NCBI GenBank assembly: GCA_951406725.2
Contig: OX597815.1
Location: 5,704,001-5,768,000 of the forward strand
Source of the DNA: Octopus vulgaris
Lineage: Eukaryota
Reading direction: 5' to 3'
DNA length: 64,000 nucleotides
The notes below the pieces were generated by a model, which was given only the letters and a program-made list of their open reading frames with translations, did not search any database and was not told the origin of the DNA. Position 1 is the first letter of the stretch. Every line of letters begins with the position of its first letter. A program made the position numbers and the translations under genes. Shown here in pieces: positions 12,430 through 36,972 of this stretch.

Positions 12430-12980
12430 CAGGTCACTTTCGAGTGCTACTGGTAACATGTAACCCAGTACAACCTGTTGCATGGTCGGGTCGTCGGCGA
12501 CTAAACCGGCAACCCCACCAAGCTTGCTTGGTGAGGAGGGTGTTTATTGGACACCCTGCGGGATGAAAAACAAAACTCGTCAAAGGGCGGAGGAACTCTT
12601 GAGAGTCAACGGCCATCCAATAAATGTCTTAAGGCTGTATCATGCGCGGGGACATAGAAATAATCGAACGGAATACCCGATCGCGCGGTTAAACCATTGG
12701 GAGTGAAGGACTCCTAGCCTTTGTTAGGGCATCCTTCTAGGAGAAGGTAACTCAGGTAACTGGGATAACTCCGACATAAAACCTACGGCTCAGTGGTTAC
12801 CGATGATGTTGACTTGTTCTTCTTTTCGGATTATGGCTGCTGTTGCTTAGTGAGTGGGATTGACTCAGTGCACAGCCTTTCCTCACTTTAAAAAAAATTT
12901 TCTTGCACTGGCATGGCACGATAACAACATTGATTAAGCTTCGTGCTATGGCCATACTCGATAACGAGGGGGAAGCCACC
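12430..12980 (+). mobile_element. RTE-related non-autonomous element inserted in a (TATG)n tract
   Basis: Motifs AAAGGGCGGAGGAAC and GGGCATCC...AGGAGAAGGTAACTC resemble RTE 5' UTRs; (ATGT)n on both sides. Confidence 0.45.
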
Positions 12981-13335
12981 ATGTATGTATGTATGTATGT
13001 ATGTATGTATGTATGTATGTATGTATGTATGTATGTATGTATGCATGCATGTATGTCAGGCGAAGGGTAAGATACAATCTGTGAGATACTACATGCGTCA
13101 CGGAACGTATACCAGAAGGCATTTTATCCATCGCTCAAACCATTTTGCCACCGAATGAGCTTTTTCAGTCATTTGACTGTGGCCATGCTAGAGCACCGCA
13201 TTTAGGAGAATAAATCGACTTCAGGACTTATTCTTTGTAAGCCTGGTACTTATTATATCTGTCTTTTTTGGCCGAATCGCAAAGTTACGGGGAAGTAAAC
13301 ACACCAACATCGGTTGTCAAGTGATGGTGGGGGGA

Positions 13336-13381
<46 letters not shown>

Positions 13382-13586
13382 TATATATGAGAGGTATCGG
13401 TATCCAGAAGACTCTGTAAGAAGGCTATGGAAGTGCTATGGAAGGAAGGTTGCTAAATCCTCGGTTCAATAATGATACGAGTGAGGAGCTTAATGCGGGT
13501 CTTGTATGATCAGGTTTATGTTAAATAAAATGAAACAAAGCCAAGGCTGTGTGGGATTTTCAGGACATTTATAAAAGAGAAAGTTA

Positions 13587-13634
13587 GCCTTACACCTGTT
13601 TCTGGTATATTAGGGATATCCCTTCATCAGAGAC
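13587..13634 (-). ncRNA. Minimal type-I hammerhead ribozyme motif (Penelope-type)
   Basis: GUCU-CUGAUGA-AGGGAUAU...AUAUACCA-GAAAC-AGGU-GUA-AGGC; same family as 28847-28894. Confidence 0.6.
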
Positions 13635-14402
13635 GATGTGAGATGGTTAAATAGAGGGAAATATTAGAGTGGGTATTTTCCATTGTTCATCTGTTTAAGT
13701 TCACTATTGATTTAGGCATAAAGTATTTAATATTTTGAACAAATTCTCTAAAGGATAGGGTAACCATCCTTTTCAGGAGATCCGAATGTGAAAGGCTACA
13801 AGAAGTGACCAAATTCTCTAAAGGATAATCTAACTATGTTTCTCAAGAGATCTATAATGTGAAAGTCTATAAGAGGAGACTAATTTCTCTAAAGGATAAA
13901 CTAAGCGTGCTTTTCAAGAGATCCAATGGTGAAAGGCTTCAAGAATATATGGAAAAGGAAGGAAATAAGGAGTATACAGGGAAATAGGAGAATGAATGTA
14001 GAAATAAAAATGTATAAAGATGTTATAGTTGTAGTTTCATTATCCAAGGAAAGTGGTGTGTGGAATTGGTAGAAATGCTTGCTGTCCATGGTATGTAAAT
14101 CCCGATAGGAGTTCATATTTTGTCCTTACAAATGGCAAGTGTGGAGACGTAGATTCCATGTGATGGTCATTCAAAGGGGTCTTGTGGTGTGAAGGAACAT
14201 TTTAGAATGTAGTGGTAGTACTAAGTACGAATTGATCCTAGTACATTTTTTAAAGCCAGGTACTTAATTTATCGGTTACTCTTGCCGAACCGTTAAGTTA
14301 CGTGCACGGAAACAAACCAACACCGGTTGTCAAGCAGTGTAGTGGGATGCGGGCAGACACAGCTGCAAAAACACACAGACAGACACGCTCATATATGTGT
14401 AT

Positions 14403-14465
<63 letters not shown>

Positions 14466-14793
14466 AAAATACTGAGGGCTTCTTTTAGTTTCCGTCTACG
14501 AAATCTACTCAGAAGGCTTTGGTTGGCCCGAGGCTTGCCCAAGGTGACACGCAGTGGGACTGAACCCAGAACCATGTGGTTGGGAAGCAAGCTTTTTACC
14601 ACACAGCCACTCCTGCGCCTGTATATATATGTGTGTGTGTGAGTGTGTGTGTGTATATGTATGTATATATGTGTCTGTGTGTATATATGTCTGCATGTAT
14701 ATATGTGTGGGTGTATATGTATGTATATGTATGTATATGTATGTATATATTTATATATACGTGTGTATATATATATGTGTGTATATATATGTG

Positions 14794-14824
<31 letters not shown>

Positions 14825-15335
14825 ATGCGTATATATGTATATATATATATGTGTGTGTGTGTGTGTGAGTGTATATATGTATATATATATATACATATGT
14901 GTATGTATATATGTATGTATATGTGTGTGCATGTACGTATATGTGTGTGTATATATGTATATATATGTGTATAAATTTAGTACGTATGTATGTTTGTATA
15001 TATGTATGTACGTACGTATGTATGTATGTATGGATGGATGGATGGATGGATGTACACGCACATACTAGAAATTACGTGTAATACAGGTTTTGTGAGTAAT
15101 TCTTTTTATCTCTGGGTATTTTCCATTGTCCGTCTGTTGGAGTTCTCTATTGATTTAGGCATAAAGTATTTAATATTTCGAACAAATAAAAGGAACCTCG
15201 ACTGCATTAAGAAAGATTATCATAAAGTAGTTTGTGTTTTCTTATCGTTTAAATCCCGCCGAACTTATTTCAAACATTCGCGACCTTTTTCTCGTCTTCA
15301 AAATCAAGCATTAACCCTGCTATTACAGTTTCTAG

Positions 15336-15718
15336 TGGAGGCGCAATGGCCCAGTGGTTAGGGCAGCGGACTCGCGGTCATAGGATCGCGGTTTCGATTC
15401 CCAGACCGGGCGTTGTGAGTGTTTATTGAGTGAAAACACCTAAAGCTCCACGAGACTCCGGCAGGGGATGGTGGTGATCCCTGTTGTACTCTTTCACCAC
15501 AACTTTCTCTCACTCTTACTTCCTGTTTCTGTTGTACCTGTACTTCAAGAGGCCGGCCTTGTCACTCTCTGTGTCACGCTGAATATCCCCGAGAACTACG
15601 TTAAGGGTACACGTGTCTGTGGAGTGCTCAGCCACTTACACGTTAATTTCACGAGTAGGCTGTTCCGTTGATTCGGATCAACCGGAACCCTCATCGTCGT
15701 AACCGACGGAGTGCTTCC
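15336..15718 (+). mobile_element. Young full-length tRNA-derived SINE (family A) with a 14-bp TSD
   Basis: TSD ATTACAGTTTCTAG at 15322 and 15719; near-identical to 50982-51357. Confidence 0.9.
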
Positions 15719-16767
15719 ATTACAGTTTCTAGCTACGATCGTCGCCGAGGTCGACTTTGCCTTTCATCCTTCCAGGATCGATTAAATAAGTAGCCGTTAT
15801 GCACTGGGGTAAATGTAACCGACTTAATCCGGTTGTCTGTTCTTGTTTGTCCCTTCTGTGTTTAGCCCCTTGTGGGTAGTAAAGAAATAGGTATTTCGTC
15901 TGCCGTTACGTTCTGAGTTCAAATTCCGCCGAGGTCGACTTTGCCTTTCATCCTTTCGGGGTTGATTAAATAAGTACCAGTAACGCACTGAGGTCGATAT
16001 AATCGACTTAATCCGTTTATCTGTCCTTGTTTGTCCTCTCTGTGTTTAGCCCCTTGTGAATAGTAAAGAAATAAGTATTTCGTCTGTCTTTACGGTCTGA
16101 GTTCAAATTCATCCGAGATCGATTTTTGCCTTTCATCCTTTCGGGGTCGATAAATTAAGTACCAGTAGCGTACTGGGGTCGATCTAATCAACTGGCCCCT
16201 GTCCCAAAAAATTTGGGGCCTTGTGCTTAGAGAAGAAAAGATTAAAGATTCTACCCACGATCGTTAATATTTTTGTCTTTTACTTATTTAATCATTAGCC
16301 CGCGGCCATGCTGGGACATTGCTTTTAAGAATTTTTAGTCGAATGATTCGACCTCAGTGCTGTTTGTAAGCCTGCTACTTATCCTGTCGCTCCTTTTGCC
16401 GAACCGCTAAGTTACTGGGACGTAAACACACCAACACTGGTTGTCATGTGGAGATAAGTACGAATACACACAGGCGCGCGCACGGACACATACACACAGA
16501 CAAATACATACACACACTCCATTCGAGAGTGGTCGATGCCAGTACTGCCTGACTGGCCCTCGTGCCGGTGGCACGTCAAAAGCACCCATTACTTCCTCTG
16601 GGTGGTTGGAGTTAGGACGGGCATCCAGCTGTAGAAACTTTGCCAGATCAGATTAGAGCCGGGTGCAGACTTCTGGCTTGCCAACCCTCGGTCAAACCAT
16701 CCAACCCATACCAGCATGGAAAGTGGACATTAAACGACGACGATGATGATGATGATGATGATGATGA

Positions 16768-16809
<42 letters not shown>

Positions 16810-17466
16810 AACTTCTTTAAGTTTCCGCTACCACTAGGGCTTGGTCGGCCCGAGGCTATAGTAGGAGACACTAGCCCAAGGTGCCACACAGTGAGATTGA
16901 ACCCAGAACCATGTGGCTGGAAACCAGGCTTCTAACCATGTTGACCTAATTGCCACGCCTCCGCCTATGTCCACTGATCTTTAAAACAGTCCTTACACAT
17001 CAGCTTACTTCACAACCTCTGCACTCTAAAAAGTCTGATCGAAATTTCTAGAATAACTTCATTGGGTTATAAAAAGCTGTGAATTCAATCCCTGGCAAAG
17101 TCATCCAGCATTCCACGCGGAACGTTGTTATTCTGGCCTTGTGCCAAAAATTGAGACTAATATTAAAGTGGTTATTATGAACGCAACACGTTGACCACAA
17201 AATGCACGTCTAACAACCCACGTTAAAATGGTGACATCGAAAAACAAGACGAAAAATACTGACGTGTGACAACACTAAAAGGACAAGAGAAGACATCGCA
17301 GTATCAATTGATTTCGCTTTCTCTGCCAAAGACACTTAAAGCTCATCAGCAAGGCTTACTACGTAAACTGTTCTATATATATATAAAATAGTATGTGTAT
17401 GTGTATGTGTGTGTGCCCTATTTTTAAATCAGTTATCGTATGTAACATGTGTATATATTAATGAGT

Positions 17467-18024
17467 TCATTATTCTTGTGGCTATGGCGAAAGAATGTAT
17501 CTGGTGGACGCGTCTGAAAGGATTAGAGACAAACACTCTCCTCTCTGGTCAATCTCTCATCAACTTCTTCAAGTATCACTTGAAAAGGAAAGTGAAAGTA
17601 GAGAGGCAAGTTTTGTCTAGCGAATGCTTCAAAAAAAGATGGGTGAATGTAGCAAGGATGGCACCTATGAACGACGAAGCCATCTTGAGTATGATCCTAT
17701 GAACCCGGAAAAATTTAAAACAGAGAGTTTCTTACTTGCAAATAAATGTGTTAACATGAGACATTATTGACCGAGGTTACTGTGGTCTTTTCCGTAGGCT
17801 TTTCTTTCCACGGATAAACCCTATCTGCTTCCCCCCTTTACACTTTACATCATGACATTTCTATGACACACGATCCCTATTGATCGTCGCTTTATTTTAC
17901 GATCCCTTTTACGATCCCTTTTGATCGAAAACCTACCCCACATTTTTTTTTGTCCCCATAACGAAAAACTCTACTTTGTAATCTGTTCCGTCTGTGTGCA
18001 GCCCTGTGTGGCTAATAAAGAAAC
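17467..18024 (+). mobile_element. 5'-truncated L1/Tx1-like LINE with a 12-bp TSD
   Basis: VAMAKECIWWTRLKGL...KKRWVNV; TSD ATATTAATGAGT at 17455 and 18025. Confidence 0.75.
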
Positions 18025-18519
18025 ATATTAATGAGTCACTCCATGGTTATTCACTTAAAGTCCTTGTATCTACGATCTGACAGCAACAGTTAAAACTATT
18101 GTTGTCTTAAGATCTCTAATAACACCAGAACATATCCATAATTGACGCCATACCACCGACGTTCTGACTCACTTCCTCACTGCAGTTTTATTTTTATTTA
18201 ATTCAGTCAATTATCTTTAATTAATTCCAAAGCTGGGCTTCCCTTTCACAGGTCTTTCTTTACCACAATTAATTATTCAAGTAACGGCCTTTTTCGATCT
18301 CAATTACGTTTATTATTTTAATTAGTAAATACATCTTGATTCATTGCATACGGTATATTAATGCCTGCTTTATTTAATATACATACACTTGTGTCTTTAT
18401 TAATTAACGTGTTGCGTATATTAATTAGCATATATTGTTTGCCAACAAGCAGATACTTTGATTACAATTCTCAACATTTCATTATTTTACATTATTAATA
18501 TTAAGTACCAGCTGCAGTG

Positions 18520-19600
18520 AGCAGGCAGAATGGTTAACATGCCGGGCGAAATGCTGAGAGACACCTTTTCAGTGTTCGCGTTCTGAATTCCGCCGTGGTC
18601 GACTTTGCCTTTCATCCTTTCGAGGTCGATAAATTAAGTACCAGTTACGCACTAGGGTCGATCTAATCGATTGGTCCCCTCCCCCAAAATTTCGGGCCTT
18701 GTGCCTAGAGTAGTAAAGAATGGTTAGCACGCCGGGCGAAATGCTGAGACACCTTGTCAGTGTTCGCGTTCTGAATTCCGCCGTGGTCGACTTTACCTTT
18801 CATCCTTTCGGGGTCGATAAACTAAGTACCAGTTACACACTAGGGTCGATCTAATCGATTGGCCCCCTCCCCCAAAATTTCGGGCCTTGTGCCTAGAGTA
18901 AAGAATGGTTAGCACGCCGGGCGAAATGCTGAGAGACACCTTGTCAGTGTTCGCGTTCTGAATTCCGCCGTGGTCGACTTTACCTTTCATCCTTTCGGGG
19001 TCGATAAACTAAGTACCAGTTACGCACTAGGGTCGATCTAATCGATTGGCCCCCTCCCTCAAAATTTCGGGCCTTGTGCCTAGAGTAAAAAAGAATGGTT
19101 AGCACGCCGGGCGAAATGCTGAGAGACACCTTGTCAGTGTTCGCGTTCTGAATTGCGCCGTGGTTGACTTTGCCTTTCTTCCTTTCGGGGTCGATAAATT
19201 AAATACCAGTTGTATATTGGGATCAATCTAATCGACTGGCCCCCTCCCCCAAAATTTTGGGCCTTGTGTCTAGAGTAAAAAAAGAATGGTTAGCACGCCG
19301 GGCGAAATGCTGAGAGACACCTTGTCAGTGTTCGCGTTCTGAATTCCGCCGAGGTCGACTTTGCCTTTCATCCTTTCGGGGTCGATAAATTAAGTACCAG
19401 TTGTGTACTGAGATCAATCTAATCGACTGGCCCCCTCCCCCAAAAATTCGGGCCTTGTGCCTAGAGTAAAAGAATGGTTTGCACGCCGGGCGAAATGCTG
19501 AGCGACACCTTTTCAGTGTTCGTGTTCTGAATTCGCGAGGTCGACTTTGCCTTTCATCCTTTCGGGGTCGATAAAATAAGAACCAGTTTTGAAGAGGTAT
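18520..19600 (+). repeat. Tandem array of a SINE-derived unit of about 185-190 bp (about 6 copies)
   Basis: AGAATGGTT(A)GCACGCCGGGCGAAATGCTGAG recurs at about 18527, 18717, 18902, 19092, 19283 and 19471. Confidence 0.9.
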
Positions 19601-21823
19601 CGATGTATTCGACTGGCCCACTCTTTCCGAAATTGCTGGCCTTGTGCTAGAATTTGAAACCAATAAAAAAAACACCAGCAAATTACTGGGATTGATGAAA
19701 TCGACTGTCCCCCACCCCCCACCTAAAATTTCAGGCCTTGTGCCTTTGGTAGAAAGCATTATATTAGTTTGTTAAGGGCGGTGAGCTGGCAGAAATATTA
19801 GCACGCCGGACGAAATGCTTAGCGACATTTCGTCCGTTTTTACGTTCTGAGTTCAAATTTCACTGAGGTCGACTTTGTCTTTTACCCCTTTCGGGGTCGA
19901 TGGAATAATACTTGTTGAGCACAAGGGTCGATGTAACAGATTTAAACCTCGCACCACCACCACACCACCCTACCCTCTCGATGTTGCTGGCATTGTGCCA
20001 GAATTTGAAAGCAATATTATCGTCCATTTTACTAGCATATAAAACGTCCCTCTGTCGATTAGCAGTTTTATCGATCAGCGTGGAATCCGATCATAATCAA
20101 ATATTCCATTATTTTACGTTGTTGATCCAATGACATTATGATTCTCCATAATTACAATTAGTTTACGAACGTCATCAATTGATTGTGACGTCATCAAAAC
20201 ACTTTTACGACTTTAGGTCTGAAGCAGCGAGATTTCTGAAGGCAATCCAGTCGAGTTCCTGACAGGAAGATCTTCACCAGTCCCTACTTCATCCAGGAAG
20301 AGCCAACGTTCGAAGGCACAAAACTTTGGTACGTCTTTAATAATGTTAGAATGGGATGGGGTGCCGCAGAGATATACGGGTGGTTTCTTTAGGGGTGTAA
20401 CCCGATGTCACATTGTAAGGCCGTAGTAGAAAACTTCTTGTTCTGGTCTAACATCATTGAACAACAGAACTTGGCTCCCTAACTTCGTGTAACATCGTAG
20501 GAGCTACTATTTTTGGCCTGAAGGTGTTAGGATGTCATATCATATGGCCCTATAATGTTTTATTAAATCAAAGAGCTATTTACCTATTTCTTTACTACCC
20601 ACAAGGGGCTAAACACAGAGAGGACAAACAAGGACAGACAAACGGATTAAGTCGATTATATCGATCCCAGTGCGTAACTGCTACTTATTTAATCGACCCA
20701 GAAAGGATGAAGGGCAAAGTCGACCTCGGCGGAATTTGAACGCAGAACGTAGCGGCAGACGAAATACAGCTATGCATTTCGCCCGGCGTGCTAACGTTTC
20801 TGCCAGCTCGCCGCCTTTCGACGGGATATTTACCATGACTGTAAGGAGTTATGGAGATGTTCTGAGTGCTGAGAGTTACCGATGTCGCGAGCTGTGTTTG
20901 TTATGTTGTCGGCTGGTGTGAACTGACGACTATTTGAGGTGATGAATAAAAATGCGTTTCTTGGGAAGCGTGAAAAAGGAACTGATATCATCTGAAAACA
21001 ATTAACACATTTTTATTATTGTACATAATTAAGCTGAATTGATCTTTTACAAATAACAGCAGCAATAGTCACATATTGGGTGAGACATGCTAAGTGGAGT
21101 TTACGACCAGATTATTGAAACAGCAACATATGGTTGGTCCTTCATAACTGGAAATAATTGTGTTATATTCGTGGCGACGGAGATTCCTGTCGTCTGTCTG
21201 TCTTCTGTCCTAACCGTCTTCCCGAGTCGTTTGGCTGTCAGAAGAATGGAGACACATAGCATTCGGCTGCCTCAACATTCTGTCTGGCAAGAGGTGAGAC
21301 GTGTGAAGAGCCGGCTGCTCTCAACGACATTGGTTGGTTGTTTAATAGACCGATCATGTGAAACTACTGACGTTCGGTCGTGATGTATGACCGGTTACCC
21401 AGCGGTTCGGTTTCGAATCACCGCTGCAGAGCCATATCGAATGATTTTACGATATTTGATCAAATTGGAGAACTGTTTTTCTGTGGCCCTAAGGTGTTCC
21501 ACCAAGATCCTCGACTTGGTTTAATATCGCTGGGCCATAGGACAGCTTTTCTAAAACACCGGAATCCGTTGTAACAGCAAGCAAAGCCATCTTTCGGTGT
21601 TGGTCGATGCAGGGACATTTTTTCTTTTTTCTTTTTCTTGTTTTTGTTTTTTTTTACTATTTCACTCTTTTCACGAGACAAATGTAATCTTTTATCTTCT
21701 ACTTGTTTTAGTCATTAGACTGCGACCATGCTGAGGCACCGCCTCCATGAGTGTTAGTCGAGTAAATCGTTAAGTTATGGGGACATACACAAATCAACAC
21801 TGGTTATCAAACAGTGGGACGGA

Positions 21824-21855
<32 letters not shown>

Positions 21856-22391
21856 TACACACACACACTCACATACACACACACATACACACGACTGGTT
21901 TCTTTCAGTTTCCGTCTACCAAATCTACTCACAAGTCTTTGGTCGGCCCAAGACCATAGTAGAAGACACTTGCCTAAGGTGCTATGCAGTGGGACTGAAC
22001 CCAGAACCATGTCGCTGGAAAGCAAGCTTCTTACCACACAGCCACGCCGGTGTGTCTATGTGTGCCTCTGTGTGTGTGTTTGTGTATGTGTGCCTGTGTG
22101 TGTAAGTGTGACTGTGTGTGTGTGTGTGTACTTTGATGCATGCGTGTGTTTTATGTGCGTGTATGTCCACAATATTTTGAAATTCTTGCTAAAGTATGTG
22201 TCAGTGAATCTAGATATTTCGGTTATCACCTGTCAGTGAATCTTCCATTCCTATATTACAGTCAGCAATAACAGTAAAAGCGATTTGCATCAACCCCACC
22301 ACGACCGCCACCACCCAACAGCAACTGAAACAGGAGGAGCAACAGCTGTCGTACCAAACAGCAGCAGTAGTAGCAGCAGCAGCAGTTGTCA

Positions 22392-22399
22392 TATAAAAG
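22392..22399 (+). promoter_or_regulatory. TATA box (TATAAAAG) of the sHSP-like gene
   Basis: Consensus TATA about 165 bp upstream of the ATG, in non-repetitive sequence. Confidence 0.5.
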
Positions 22400-22557
22400 A
22401 AACTCGAGTTTTCAGAGAAAACTTTAACGCAACAAGAACGAGAACAAGAAATACAGCACGGAAACAGGTGTGGAGAGACGACATTGAGAGTAAAACTGTG
22501 GCAGACGATCGTTTCAGGAAGGAATTTTGAAAGAGGAAAAAAACCCAACAGAGGAAA

Positions 22558-33229
<10,672 letters not shown>

Positions 33230-33387
33230 TACAACATAGACAAAGACAAAGAATCTGTAAAATCCATTATGTTTGTCTCCAAGTGAACTAAACTTTATAA
33301 AATTATCTTTCACTTGTATGTTATATTTTAATCTTAGAATTTCTATGCCAAAGTTTTATTGTAATTCTTACCTGTATGAAATTGGAG

Positions 33388-33393
33388 AATAAA
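33388..33393 (+). terminator. Polyadenylation signal AATAAA of the sHSP-like gene
   Basis: About 160 nt downstream of the stop codon, followed by T/GT-rich sequence. Confidence 0.55.
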
Positions 33394-33946
33394 ACAGAAT
33401 CTTTCGAAACTTTCCTTCGTGCCTGTTGTTATAAATTTTCATCTTATGATCCTACGAATAATCCTTTCTACTATAGGCACAAGGCCTGAATTTTGTCGGG
33501 AGGGGGATAGTCGATTATATATATATATATACAGAACCACCCAGCGAACTTCCACCATGGGTCATCACAATTGCTTAAGGTAAAAATGAATTCCTCGCTC
33601 TTTCGGAAACATCAATCTTCTGTATTGACCGCTTTCCACCACTTTGATCTGTTTTTTGTATTGAATACGTATCGCCACCGTGGGCCACTGCATCGAACAC
33701 TTTGAACATATACTTCAAACTATATATCAACTATACATGAACTATATATCAACTATACATGAACTCTAAGATGTCTGACTCCGTTGTGTATTATAAATGA
33801 ATTTCTTGTGTTTGACGGCATGAGCTGTCTTTTTTTATATATAACTTTTTTTGATAAGGTTCATTTCAGGAACTGAAACATGTTATAATGTATATATAAA
33901 AATTAAAAATTGTATAATACAGCAGCATTTTCGAACTTCATTTTTT

Positions 33947-33997
<51 letters not shown>

Positions 33998-34235
33998 AGT
34001 AAATAAGTGGAGTTGAACGCAGATGCTATTCAAATTCTTTTACTTTCGACATATGTTTCGAAGACAACATTGGTTTTATTCCAAAGGAATAGCATCTGCG
34101 TTCAACTCCATTTATTTACTTATACTACACAAATCAAATGACTGCACATTAACCCGGAGTATCTACCTTTGAATAGGTCGCTACATACTTGTTACTTGCG
34201 TGAATTTTGCTACCCTGGGAACTGAATTCATTCAT

Positions 34236-34312
<77 letters not shown>

Positions 34313-34819
34313 CGTGTGTATGTATGTATGTATGTATGTATATGATATAAATAATGAGGGTGATCAATTGAATATTAATTCAATTAACATCAATTTAAAA
34401 CCAGTAGCCTAGCATATAGAAAAATCTGAAAATTCAGAAAAATTATATTACATACGTATAAAAAGGGATGGGACATCCAATATGCTAGAAGTAGATCACC
34501 AACGATCTAACTACAAAGAAAATAATGTACTCTAGAAAAATTTAGCAAACACCAGAACATGAGTGGGTAAGACAGATGAAAATATACAAAATAAAGAATT
34601 AATTGTAGACCGGTTTCGCCATTAACGACTTCGTTTGCTGAATTTTTCTAGAGAACATTCTTTTCTTTGTGGTAGGCGATCTACTTCTAGCATATTAGAT
34701 GTCCACTTAGTGGTCATCCCTTCTTATACGCATATATATAAATATATATATATATATATACACATATATATGTGTGTGTATATATACACATATATATGTG
34801 TGTGTGTATATATATGTGT

Positions 34820-35620
34820 TTGAAGACTGCCTTATAAAAATAGAAGTTCTAGTTACATTAGAACACATAAGTGTACTTCTTATGGGAGACTTCAATCTAC
34901 CCACTGTCAGATGGCCCGAGGGCCTTTCTCTCCCAGGAATGACACGATGCGAACGAGGACAGGCGAGGTCCCTCCTGAGCCTCATCAACAATCTGTACAT
35001 GGAGCAAGTAATACTCCAACCAACCAGGGCAGGTAACATACTGGATCTCTGCTTCACAAATAATATGGATCTCATCCATAATGTGAAAGTGACATCGACA
35101 CTACTCTCGGATCACAACATGGTAGAGCTGACCATGTACGGGCCAAAGGAAAGCGTGGACATGCAGCCTACAAGAAACTCTCAATCTTTCCAGCTTGAAC
35201 TTCCATAAGGCAAACTGGAAACAAATTGAGAAAGAGATCCTCAAACAAAACTGGCCTGAATGTCTCTCCTCGCCAGACATCGACATGAAACTTCAACAAT
35301 TCATGTCTGTAATGCAAGCCATATGCTACAAATGTGTCCCAGAGAGAAAGGCTACTGTACACAAGAGCAAAATCCCCAGAGAGAGGAAAATTCTAAGACG
35401 GCGTACAAAAGTTTCAAATCGCCTAAACAAACAAATTGAAAGCAGTGAAAATCCCACCCGAAAATAAAACTGTTGGAAATTGAAAAATGTCTGCAACTCT
35501 CCCATAAAAAAGAAAGAGCAGACAAAGAAGCCTGGGCTATAGACAACATAAAATCTAACCCCAGAGCTTTCTACAGGTATGCCAAAGAAACAGCTACGGT
35601 GCACTGTAGGATAGGGCCAA
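34820..35620 (+). mobile_element. CR1/L2-type LINE fragment (APE endonuclease), frameshifted
   Basis: LLMGDFNLP...QPTRAGNILDLCFTN...SDHNMV, then NFHKANW...IKSNPRAFYRY. Confidence 0.85.
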
Positions 35621-35629
35621 AGGTATGCA

Positions 35630-36092
35630 CAGACAGACATACATACACACACACATACATACACACACACATACATACATACATACATACATACACACAT
35701 ACATACATACACACATACATGCATACACACATACATACATACACACATACATACATACATACATACATACATACACACATACATACATACATACACACAT
35801 ACATACATACATACATACATACATACATACATACACACATTCATACATACATACATACATACATACATACACACATACATACATACACACATACATGCAT
35901 ACACACATACATACACACATACATACATACATACACACATACATACATACATACACACATACATACATACATACACACACATACACACATGCATACATAC
36001 ATACATACACACACACATACACACATACATACATACACACATACATACATACATACACACACATACATACATACATACATACACACACATAC

Positions 36093-36125
<33 letters not shown>

Positions 36126-36192
36126 TACACACATACATACATACATACACACATACACACATACATACACACACACATACACACATACACAC
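35630..36192. repeat. (TACA/CA)n microsatellite
   Basis: Direct inspection. Confidence 0.95.
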
Positions 36193-36399
36193 CTGGGCGT
36201 CTCCATGTCCACCTGTATAACCAACATCCTGTGTCGTCGACTGCCTCACCTTCATTCTACACCCAAATTCCAATAAAACTCTAATCGAACCGAATAAAAA
36301 TTTAAATATCATCGATTTCAGGAAATGATCCATTGTTACCTTTGGGGGGAACAGATGTCTCTCAGTTCACATTGCCTTGACGCGTGTTGACATTGGTAG

Positions 36400-36884
36400 T
36401 ACTGGTGGTGGCGGTGGGGGAGGGGGGTTGGCGGTGGTGGTGGTGGTGGTTGTGTTGGTGGTGTTGGTGGTGGTGGTGGCGGTGGGGGCCATTGTGCTGG
36501 TGGTGGTGATAGTGGTGATAGTGGTGGTGGTGGTGGTGATTTTGGTAGTGGTGGTGGTGGTGATGGTGGTGGTAGTGGTGGTGGTAGTGGTGATGGTGGT
36601 GGTGATTCTGGTGGTGGTGGTGGTGGTGGTGGTGACGGTGGTGGTGGCCGTTGTGCTGGTGGTGGTGATAGTGGTGGTGGTGCTGGTGGTGATAGTGGTT
36701 GTGGTGGTGGTGGTGGTGGTGATAGTGGTTGTGGTGGTTGTGGTGGTGGTGGTGACAGTAGTAGTAGTAGTAGTTGTTGTTGTGGTGGTGATGGTGGTGG
36801 TGTTAAAGGTAATGGTGATGGTGGTACTAGCTTTGGTAGATGGAGAAGACGTGTTTAGTGGTGATGCTTGTAGTCATAGTGAAG

Positions 36885-36971
<87 letters not shown>

Positions 36972-36972
36972 T
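36400..36972. repeat. (GGT)n and (AGT/AGC)n trinucleotide arrays
   Basis: Direct inspection. Confidence 0.95.

Noticed and set aside
15336-15415. tRNA-like sequences (also at 413, 2732, 40850, 49461 and 63142)
   Set aside because: SINE heads: no complete acceptor stem, and they continue into repeat bodies
22200-22420. Heat-shock elements upstream of the sHSP-like gene
   Set aside because: Only a two-unit GAAnnTTC near 22238; no canonical three-unit HSE
36377-36892. Poly-Val membrane-like ORF (poly-Gly or poly-Thr in other frames)
   Set aside because: (GGT)n trinucleotide repeat with no complex coding sequence or splice support
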